The notes under the pieces are model-generated. The model worked only from the letters and a program-made list of their open reading frames with translations, was not told where the DNA came from and did not search any database. Source: an uncultured Pseudomonadota bacterium (GTDB lineage: Bacteria > Pseudomonadota > Gammaproteobacteria > Xanthomonadales > Rhodanobacteraceae). From it: DNA of 64,000 bases. This document shows, one piece after another, positions 1 through 7,086 of this stretch. The DNA lies in contig CAVQCW010000008.1 of NCBI GenBank assembly GCA_963711075.1, positions 37,136-101,135 on the forward strand, read 5' to 3'. The translations under genes were made by a program, and so were the position numbers. Positions within the stretch are counted from its first letter, which is position 1. Every line of letters begins with the position of its first letter.

Positions 1-2
1 TG

Positions 3-782
3 ATCTATTGCATCCAGCATCAGATCGGGTGGGCCATCGTCGTTTCGATACTGGTCGGCATCTGCGTGCTGGTGTCGCTTGGCGGCTTTTTCACCGTGGC
101 GCCAAACGAAGGCAAAGTACTGCAATTCTTCGGCCGCTATGTTGGCACGGTGCGCGATCCCGGCCCGCGCTGGACCAATCCGTTCTACAGCAAGCGCGGT
201 GTCAGTCTGCGCGTGCGCAATTTCGAGTCGAGCAAGCTCAAGGTCAACGACAGCGACGGCAATCCGATCGAAATCGCAGCCGTGGTGGTGTGGCAGGTCG
301 TGGATACGGCCGAAGCCCTGTTTCAGGTCAACGATTACGAGGATTTCGTGCACATCCAGAGCGAATCGGCACTGCGTCAGATGGCGCAGAGCTATCCCTA
401 TGATTCGCACGACAGTGGCGGCATTTCCCTGCGCAGCCATGGCAACGAGATCACCGATCATCTGCAGAAGGAAATCCAGGATCGTCTGGCCAGCGCAGGC
501 GTCAAGGTGATCGAATCGCGCATCAGCCATCTGGCCTTTGCGCCGGAGATCGCCCAGGCAATGCTGCAACGCCAGCAGGCCAGCGCGATCATTGCCGCGC
601 GCACACGCATCGTCGAAGGCGCCGTCACCATGGTCGAAATGGCGCTGGACCAACTGCAATCGCGCGGTGTCGTGAATCTGGACGAGGAACGCAAGGCGGC
701 GATGGTCAGCAATCTGCTGGTGGTTCTGTGCGGAGAGCGCGGCACCCAGCCGATCGTGAACACGGGCAGTCTGTATACGTGA
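3..782 (+). CDS. SPFH/band-7 domain protein, 5'-partial (frame is open to the window edge; a TM helix [22 protein letters not shown] precedes the listed start)
   Basis: Translation matches the prohibitin/stomatin-like SPFH fold ([12 protein letters not shown]...[22 protein letters not shown]...). There is no in-frame stop upstream of position 66. Confidence 0.85.
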   Translation: MYCIQHQIGWAIVVSILVGICVLVSLGGFFTVAPNEGKVLQFFGRYVGTVRDPGPRWTNPFYSKRGVSLRVRNFESSKLKVNDSDGNPIEIAAVVVWQVVDTAEALFQVNDYEDFVHIQSESALRQMAQSYPYDSHDSGGISLRSHGNEITDHLQKEIQDRLASAGVKVIESRISHLAFAPEIAQAMLQRQQASAIIAARTRIVEGAVTMVEMALDQLQSRGVVNLDEERKAAMVSNLLVVLCGERGTQPIVNTGSLYT

Positions 783-813
783 TCGTCACGATTCCAGACA
801 CTGCGCCCCGATC

Positions 814-1008
814 GTGAGCACGGACAAGAAAGCCTACCCGTTGCGAATCAGCGTCGACATACTCGACGCCGTGCAGCGCTGGGCCGACGACGACTTGCGC
901 AGCGTCAACGCCCAGATCGAGTATCTGCTGCGCGACGCGTTGCGCAAGGCGGGTCGCTGGAAGGCCGATGACACACGCACCCAAACCGCATCGAAGGTGA
1001 AGAAATGA
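814..1008 (+). CDS. Arc/ribbon-helix-helix-type small DNA-binding protein
   Basis: 64 aa. [43 protein letters not shown] is a typical RHH (beta-strand, helix, helix) pattern. The stop overlaps the next start (ATGA). Confidence 0.65.
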   Translation: MSTDKKAYPLRISVDILDAVQRWADDDLRSVNAQIEYLLRDALRKAGRWKADDTRTQTASKVKK

Positions 1009-1841
1009 TCGGGCTCAGATCGCGTCTTGCACGCAACCCGACGACAGCAGATGCAGTCGTTGATTTCAATCGTACGATTCGCATCGAGCCGGATCGTGCA
1101 CACCTGGCGCGCCTGCTGTTCATGGGTTTGCTCGCTGCGCTTCTGCTGCTCGCCGGTGCAGTCTGGGGCATTGCGTACCCTGGCCGCGCGACGCCATGGA
1201 ATATCGAATGGCGGACATTGACCGGCGCTTCGCACAAAACGGCGCAAGCGGATGTGGACGTGTTTCGGCTCAAGTCGATTCAGCGGCATTCGCTGGTGAC
1301 TTCGCCATGGGTTCCAATAGAACTCGGCATTGCGGCATTGCTGGCAACTTTCGGCATGCTGCGCATTGTGTATCGCTTGCAGGACAGCGATCCCGTACTC
1401 ATCATTTCTCCGCGAGGTGTAAGCTTCAAGCCCAATCTTTTCGGCGAGGTTGCGAATATTCCGTGGGTCGCGATTCGCGCCATCAAGATGCGCAAAATCA
1501 AGCATCAGCGGCGACTCACTTTCCAGGTCGATGATTCGAATCGCTACGTGCCGCGCAGCGGAATCGCGCTGTACTGGCCACGACCGAATGGTGCAAACGC
1601 GAATACCCGTGCAATCGCACTGAACATCCCCACCTCGCGTCGCGCGTCGGCAACGATTGAATCGACGCTCAGGCAATATCTCGCGCATTATCGACCGGCT
1701 GAGAAAGGTACTACGACAATGCAATTGCCTCGGGATGTCGCGCGGCTTTCGGGCAGTTCGGCCCGTGTCCCGGACGAACGACTCGCCGCCCGGAGCCGGG
1801 CCAGGCCGGCGATTCGTCATTCCTCCAGGATCGAAGGATAG
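1005..1841 (+). CDS. Hypothetical membrane protein (two TM helices followed by a PH-like soluble domain)
   Basis: ATGA-coupled to the RHH gene. Hydrophobic segments [21 protein letters not shown] and [18 protein letters not shown]. No enzyme motif recognised. Confidence 0.55.
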   Translation: MIGLRSRLARNPTTADAVVDFNRTIRIEPDRAHLARLLFMGLLAALLLLAGAVWGIAYPGRATPWNIEWRTLTGASHKTAQADVDVFRLKSIQRHSLVTSPWVPIELGIAALLATFGMLRIVYRLQDSDPVLIISPRGVSFKPNLFGEVANIPWVAIRAIKMRKIKHQRRLTFQVDDSNRYVPRSGIALYWPRPNGANANTRAIALNIPTSRRASATIESTLRQYLAHYRPAEKGTTTMQLPRDVARLSGSSARVPDERLAARSRARPAIRHSSRIEG

Positions 1842-1850
1842 GAGAAGCGC

Positions 1851-3197
1851 ATGTCACATCGATGGCTATCCGTCCTGTTGTCGTGCGTTCTCATGACGGA
1901 TTTGCAGGCTGCCACACCGGGTTGTGCCGAACGTTCCACGGCAATACTCGGGGCCTTCGCGCAAAACGATTTTGCCGCCGCCACAAGCAACTTCGACATG
2001 CGCATGCACGCCGCACTCGACGCCGACGCGCTCAAACGGATCTGGCAGGACCAGTTGCCCGCGAAATTCGGCACGTTTCAGCGCGCCACGACCGCGACGG
2101 TGACGCAAACAGCGAATGGCGTCAGCATTGTCGAAACGCCGCTGCAGTTCGCCAATGCCAGGTTGAAAATGCGCGTAGTCTGCTCCGCCGGCGGGCAGGT
2201 TTCGGGCCTGTTTTTCAAACCCGGTTCGGCGTCCGCTCAAAGCGCAGCGACAACGCAGCCCGCGGTCACCGCCACCCTGGGCAGTGAACGGGCGTTGAGT
2301 GTCGTCTCGCCACTGGGGCCGTTGCCGGGCACACTGATGCTGCCGCCAGGCGATGGGCCGTTCCCGGCAGTGCTGCTGGTGGCCGGTTCCGGACCGAACG
2401 ATCGCGACGAGACCATCGGCCCGAACAAGACGTTTCGGGACCTGGCCCGCGGGCTGGCGGCACACGGCATCGCTTCATATCGCTACGACAAACGCACCCG
2501 GGTCTACGCCAGAAAGATGGCGGGCAAGCCGATCACCGTCGACAATGAAGTCACCGAGGATGCACTGTTGGCATTGAAGCTGCTGGCGCGGCAGCCGCAC
2601 ATCGATGCGCGTCGCGTATTCGTGCTCGGCCACAGCCTGGGCGCGCTGATGGCGCCGCGCATCGTCAGGCGCGACGCGGACGTTGCCGGCGCGATACTGC
2701 TGGCTGCGCCGGACACGCTGGATCTGGATACCGTGCTGCGCCAGATGCGCTATATCGAACGTCTGCATGGCGCCAGCGATGCGCAGATCAAGCGGGCGAC
2801 ACAAGCCATCGTCACTGCGCGCGACACGCTTGCCCACGCCGATCCGGCGCATCCTCCGAGCGGCGATTTCTTTCATGCACCGGCCAGCTACTGGTTGAGT
2901 CTGCGTAATTATCACGCGATCGCCGTGGCAGAAAAATTGCGTCAACCGATGCTGATCCTGCAAGGCACGCGTGACTATCAGGTCACCCCAGAACATGATT
3001 TTTCCCGATGGCAACACGCGTTCGCTCACAGTCGACGTGTAACACTCAGGGAATTTCCCGGTCTGGGCCATTTGTTCATGCCGGCAGGCGCTCCACCCTC
3101 GCCTGCCGACTATGAAAAAGCCGGCCATGTCGACGCGCAAGTCATCGATACCATCGCCCACTGGATTGCGACGCAATCACATACGAAGGCAAACTGA
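1851..3197 (+). CDS. Secreted alpha/beta hydrolase (S33/S9-like serine hydrolase)
   Basis: N-terminal signal peptide, nucleophile elbow GHSLGA, and downstream D and H (GLGHLF) consistent with a catalytic triad. Confidence 0.8.
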   Translation: MSHRWLSVLLSCVLMTDLQAATPGCAERSTAILGAFAQNDFAAATSNFDMRMHAALDADALKRIWQDQLPAKFGTFQRATTATVTQTANGVSIVETPLQFANARLKMRVVCSAGGQVSGLFFKPGSASAQSAATTQPAVTATLGSERALSVVSPLGPLPGTLMLPPGDGPFPAVLLVAGSGPNDRDETIGPNKTFRDLARGLAAHGIASYRYDKRTRVYARKMAGKPITVDNEVTEDALLALKLLARQPHIDARRVFVLGHSLGALMAPRIVRRDADVAGAILLAAPDTLDLDTVLRQMRYIERLHGASDAQIKRATQAIVTARDTLAHADPAHPPSGDFFHAPASYWLSLRNYHAIAVAEKLRQPMLILQGTRDYQVTPEHDFSRWQHAFAHSRRVTLREFPGLGHLFMPAGAPPSPADYEKAGHVDAQVIDTIAHWIATQSHTKAN

Positions 3198-3201
3198 CAC
3201 C

Positions 3202-3768
3202 GTGAACGCGACACCGTCACTTCCGGCACCACCTGCGCGCCTGGATGCAACCGCTTGCCGGCGTGTCGCGCAAGCGGCTTTTGCGCTCGGCGTGCCGCGC
3301 GACTACGGTCGCCAGCATGGATTGCGCCGCACCCGCGATGCACGAGAATTGCGCTTCATTGGCCACGATACCCAGAATCGTCCGCAGTGGCTGTTGCCGC
3401 GAGCCGCACGAGCCTGGATTCGCATGCGCGACACCGCCGCCGAAACCGGCATCGAGTTGCAGATCGTTTCCGCATTTCGCAGCGTCGAATATCAGTTGGG
3501 CATTCTCCGGCGCAAGCTCGACCGCGGTCAAACCATCGCCGAAATCCTGCGCGTCAGCGCCGCACCCGGCTACAGCGAACACCACACCGGTCGTGCGCTG
3601 GATATCACCACGCCGGGATTTGCCGCACTCGAAGAACAGTTCGAACACTCCGCTGCATTTGCGTGGTTATCCACAAATGCACAAGCCCACGGGTTCCGCC
3701 TGTCGTTTCCGCGCGGGAACCGGCACGGGATTGTTTATGAACCGTGGCACTGGTGCTGGCACCGCTGA
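3202..3768 (+). CDS. M15B (VanY-like) D-alanyl-D-alanine carboxypeptidase family protein
   Basis: Zn-peptidase motifs SEHHTGRALDI and EPWHW. The GTG at 3202 is preferred because the listed start (3112) overlaps the preceding gene by 86 nt. Confidence 0.8.
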   Translation: MNATPSLPAPPARLDATACRRVAQAAFALGVPRDYGRQHGLRRTRDARELRFIGHDTQNRPQWLLPRAARAWIRMRDTAAETGIELQIVSAFRSVEYQLGILRRKLDRGQTIAEILRVSAAPGYSEHHTGRALDITTPGFAALEEQFEHSAAFAWLSTNAQAHGFRLSFPRGNRHGIVYEPWHWCWHR

Positions 3769-3776
3769 AACCGCTT
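3741..3776. repeat. Direct repeat copy 1 (36 nt, covers the last codons of the M15B gene)
   Basis: accgtggcactggtgctggcaccgctgaaaccgctt recurs 136 nt downstream with 33/36 identity. Confidence 0.85.
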
Positions 3777-3834
3777 CGATCCCTCCCTGGAGCGGTCATC
3801 CAGTCGGCATCCATGCCTCCTCCTCGTTTCGTGC

Positions 3835-3860
3835 ACGCAATGCCATTCAAGGCATTGCGT
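3835..3860. repeat. Perfect 10-bp-stem hairpin (acgcaatgcc-attcaa-ggcattgcgt), REP-like
   Basis: Read directly from the sequence. It lies between the two 36-nt direct repeats. No flanking U-tract on either strand. Confidence 0.6.
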
Positions 3861-4200
3861 AAACGCACAAAACTCGACCGTGGCACTGGTGCTGGCGCCG
3901 CTGAACACGCTTTGGACGCAATTCGTGGCAGCGATTGAATGCTTGGGTATGCACCCCATACCGCTGGCGCATGCCCGTACCCGGCGTGAACTCGCGCGTC
4001 TCCCCCGGAAAATGGTAGTGATTGCTCATCAGGCAATACGCATGACAGGCCCAGTTGGATCGCTCGCAGGCCCCGGCAAGTAGCTCCAGGAACCGCTCGC
4101 GATCCTCGTCATCCGGAAAGACGTCTTCGCGTCGGCCACGACGCGAAGTTGCGCGATACAGCGCACCGACGAACTCCATGCGCAGCAGGGCAGAACGATT
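3847..4200 (-). pseudogene. Decayed REP-associated tyrosine transposase (RAYT, IS200/Y1 transposase-like) remnant
   Basis: LLRMEFVGALYRATSRRGRREDVFPDDEDRERFLELL...CHAYCLMSNHYH...GMRQ..GV.TQAFNR.H matches the RAYT N-terminal half, including the HUH-type H-x-Y-C-L-M-x-N-H-Y-H block. Similarity collapses after about 100 aa, the catalytic-Tyr region is absent, and the conserved GALYH is GALYR. Confidence 0.7.
3877..3912. repeat. Direct repeat copy 2
   Basis: accgtggcactggtgctggcgccgctgaacacgctt, 33/36 identical to 3741-3776. Confidence 0.85.
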
Positions 4201-4592
4201 GCGAGCAGTATCGCGCTTTCAGTCACCAGGCTCGCTTCAAAACCTTGCCCCGTCGCTCCTTGGACCCGGTCGCTTCTTGTACTTGATGCGGCAGATCTGC
4301 GCACATGAGCGCAGCGCGGAAGTCGGCACCTTGCTGGTCGATGCCGCATACGGTCGCCGCTGCGCCGTTGAGACGCTGACAGCTCTTGTCGGGACCTGAT
4401 TCCGGGCATTGCCCATCGACACGGTTTGGGTGCAATATCGCGGTGCCAATGTCGCAGCAGCGCGCTTGACGCACTGGTTTTCCGCAATCCGATGGCTGGC
4501 GTCCCCGTGGCGCAGTTCAGCGGTTTTGTGTCAGGATCGTGGAGCGGCTGGCATGGCGCAGGCAATCCAACCAATCAGATAGGGGTTATTAC

Positions 4593-4910
4593 ATGTCGAA
4601 TATCATCGGGTTTCTCGAAACCGCTGGACGCGATGCCGCGTGGCGCCACGCCACCCGGGAACAGATGCTGCGCGCGATGCAGCACGAGCGGATCGAACCG
4701 GCCATGAGTGACGCGCTGTTGCAGCCGGAGCGCATGGCGATTGATGGACTGCTTGACGTGCGCGAAACCATGTATTGCATCAATCGGGCAGCCCCTCCCC
4801 CAAAGAAGGCGCCGGCCAAGAAGACGCCGGCCAAGGCTCCGCCGAAAAAGGCGCCAGCCAAGAAGCCTGCCAAGAAGGCTCCCGCAAAGCGCGGTGGCAA
4901 GAAGAAGTAA
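4593..4910 (+). CDS. Small protein with a histone-H1/AlgP-like Lys-Ala-Pro repeat tail
   Basis: ATG at 4593 is preceded by AGGGG 7 nt upstream. About 65 aa of globular N-terminus is followed by PPPKKAPAKKTPAKAPPKKAPAKKPAKKAPAKRGGKKK. Confidence 0.7.
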   Translation: MSNIIGFLETAGRDAAWRHATREQMLRAMQHERIEPAMSDALLQPERMAIDGLLDVRETMYCINRAAPPPKKAPAKKTPAKAPPKKAPAKKPAKKAPAKRGGKKK

Positions 4911-4947
4911 TCGGATTGCGGGTGGCATCAAATCCAGCGGATCGGTC

Positions 4948-6753
4948 ATGCAACCTGCGCACAAATCACGCCCGGCGAATCTCGCCGGGCGTGTATTTGC
5001 AGCCATCCTGCTGCTGGCGGTCGGAATCTGCCTCGCGAAAGACCACACGCCTGAGGAGCTGCTGCACCAGGCAGATCAGATCAAGCTCGCGAACAACGAC
5101 GAATTCCAGAACCTGCTGCAGCAACTCGATGCGCAAGCAGACCAATTGAATCAGTTGCAGCACGACTGGCTCGATTACCTTCACGCCTGGCAACTCGGCT
5201 ATCGGGGGGAATACCCGCAGGCCTTATCGGCGTTCCAGACCTTGCTCGCGCACGTGCTCGACCCGACGTTGCGCGCACGCGCGCGCATCAGCATGATTTA
5301 CGATCAGGTCAATGCCACGCACTTCGAGGATGCCTACTCGACGGTGAGCGATCTGCTCGCTTCCCTGCCGCAGATATCCGATCGCAACGCGCATTTTCTG
5401 GTGCTGATTACCGCTGCGTATCTGTACAGCGACGCCGGCCAATACGACCTGGCGCTGCACTACATCGATCAGGCCGCAGCTTACGATTCAAGCGAGCCCT
5501 CGATCTGTATCGTCGGGCAAACCCGCATCGAAACGATGTCCAAGGCCGGCAAGCTCAAGCCGGACGATGCACGGATCCCGACCGTCCTCGACGCCTGCCA
5601 GCGCATCGGCGATTCCATCGATGCAAACAGCATTCGCCTTTTCTTGTCCAACGCGCTGTTCGACCAAAGCCACACCGCTGAGGCGTTGAAGCTGCTCAAG
5701 GCACACGATGCGGAAGTACTGGCATCTCATTCGTCCGCCTTGACCACGGACTATCGCGCAGCAATGGCGCGCTTCTATCTGGCTAGCGGCGACCTCGCCC
5801 ACGCGCGCGAGTACGCCCAAAGCGCTATCGAGCACGCCAACCAGCAGACATTTGCAAAATCCGTGGCAGACGCATACAAGACCCTTTATCTGGTCGCCAA
5901 GAAGCAAGGCGATCCGACCGCCGCACTCGTCTATCACGAAAAATTCGCGGCAGCCGACAAGGGCTATCTGAACGACACCAGTACACGCGCTCTCGCCTAT
6001 CAGATGGTGCATCAGCAGGTGCTGGACAAGAAACGCCAGATCGATGCGCTCAACGAACAGAACCAGATGCTGGCGTTACAGCAACAGGTCGACGAAAAAT
6101 CGTCGGAAACCCGGATGCTGTATATCCTGTTGCTGCTCAGCGGGTTGGCCATCGTCGCCTTGTGGGCCTATCGCACAAAACGCTTGCAGATCAAGTTCCA
6201 GAAACTGGCACGGCGCGACGGCCTGACCGGCATCTTCAATCGCCAGCACTTCTTTGAAAGCGCCCAGGACGCACTGCGCTATTGCGCCAGAAATTCACGC
6301 GAAGCCTGCGTACTGGCGCTGGATCTGGATCATTTCAAATCCGTCAACGACATGCACGGTCACGCCGCCGGCGATGCCGCACTCAAACGCGTGGTCGCGA
6401 CCTGCCAGGCCCGCTTGCGGTCGATCGACCTGTTCGGCCGTCTGGGCGGCGAGGAATTCGCGATCCTGCTGCCCGATTGCAATGCGGCCGTCGCCGAGCA
6501 GCGCGCCAACGAGATGCGCACGGCCATCGCCGGACTGGTCGACGGCGACGATGCGGCAGCCAACGTCGTGGTAACAGCAAGCTTCGGGGTCGCCGCAACC
6601 ATTGTGTGCGGTTACAACCTCGCCACCCTGCTCGCCCACGCCGACAACGCGCTGTATTCGGCCAAGCATGCCGGTCGCAATCGCGTGAGCGTGCATCGCG
6701 CTGGCCATGTCGATGACGAAGTAGCCGAGAGCAACAGAGCAGTCAATGCCTGA
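4948..6753 (+). CDS. Diguanylate cyclase (GGDEF) with periplasmic TPR-like sensor region and one internal TM helix
   Basis: Active-site GGEEF with an I-site RSID five residues upstream (RSIDLFGRLGGEEF). Signal/TM at the N-terminus (VFAAILLLAVGICLA) and a TM helix (MLYILLLLSGLAIVALWAY) before the GGDEF domain. Confidence 0.9.
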   Translation: MQPAHKSRPANLAGRVFAAILLLAVGICLAKDHTPEELLHQADQIKLANNDEFQNLLQQLDAQADQLNQLQHDWLDYLHAWQLGYRGEYPQALSAFQTLLAHVLDPTLRARARISMIYDQVNATHFEDAYSTVSDLLASLPQISDRNAHFLVLITAAYLYSDAGQYDLALHYIDQAAAYDSSEPSICIVGQTRIETMSKAGKLKPDDARIPTVLDACQRIGDSIDANSIRLFLSNALFDQSHTAEALKLLKAHDAEVLASHSSALTTDYRAAMARFYLASGDLAHAREYAQSAIEHANQQTFAKSVADAYKTLYLVAKKQGDPTAALVYHEKFAAADKGYLNDTSTRALAYQMVHQQVLDKKRQIDALNEQNQMLALQQQVDEKSSETRMLYILLLLSGLAIVALWAYRTKRLQIKFQKLARRDGLTGIFNRQHFFESAQDALRYCARNSREACVLALDLDHFKSVNDMHGHAAGDAALKRVVATCQARLRSIDLFGRLGGEEFAILLPDCNAAVAEQRANEMRTAIAGLVDGDDAAANVVVTASFGVAATIVCGYNLATLLAHADNALYSAKHAGRNRVSVHRAGHVDDEVAESNRAVNA

Positions 6754-7086
6754 GGCAAACCATCGACCTTGTCATCGCACAACCCGGACGGCGCCGGGAA
6801 GCTTGCGATACATCGCCGACAACCTCGTTCGACTGCGCTGCCAGTAGAATTTCACGCTGCAGCCGACCCCGCACGTCAACCAGTTTCGGCGCCACAAGAC
6901 CCAAGCACAAAGGGGTCAATTTTCGCAGCGTTCGAACTCAGCCTCATCAGCTGCAAGAATGCGAAGATTGACCCCTTCGATTAAAGCGGCGGGATTCGCT
7001 GCGCTACTCCCGCCCCACAGGCTTGAAGATACTGGTGAGTGCGGAACACTCCAGCAATCGGGAGAATATGCGTTCAAGCGTCCGCA

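Noticed and set aside
3112-3201. The upstream start (3112) for the M15B peptidase gene.
   Set aside because: It would overlap the alpha/beta-hydrolase gene by 86 nt. The GTG at 3202, just after that gene's stop, gives a normal-length protein.
4200-4592. ORFs on both strands in the gap between the RAYT remnant and the small Lys-rich gene (for example 4029-4574, 4223-4474, 4426-4707).
   Set aside because: Their translations have no recognisable motif, are Arg/Cys/Ser-rich and overlap one another. The region is more likely decayed or non-coding DNA.
4708-4947. The extended N-terminus (start 4708) of the diguanylate cyclase ORF.
   Set aside because: This segment (…PQRRRRPRRRRPRLRRKRRQ…) is the +1 frame of the Lys-Ala-Pro repeat of the upstream small gene. 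The cyclase's signal/TM sequence begins right after the ATG at 4948.
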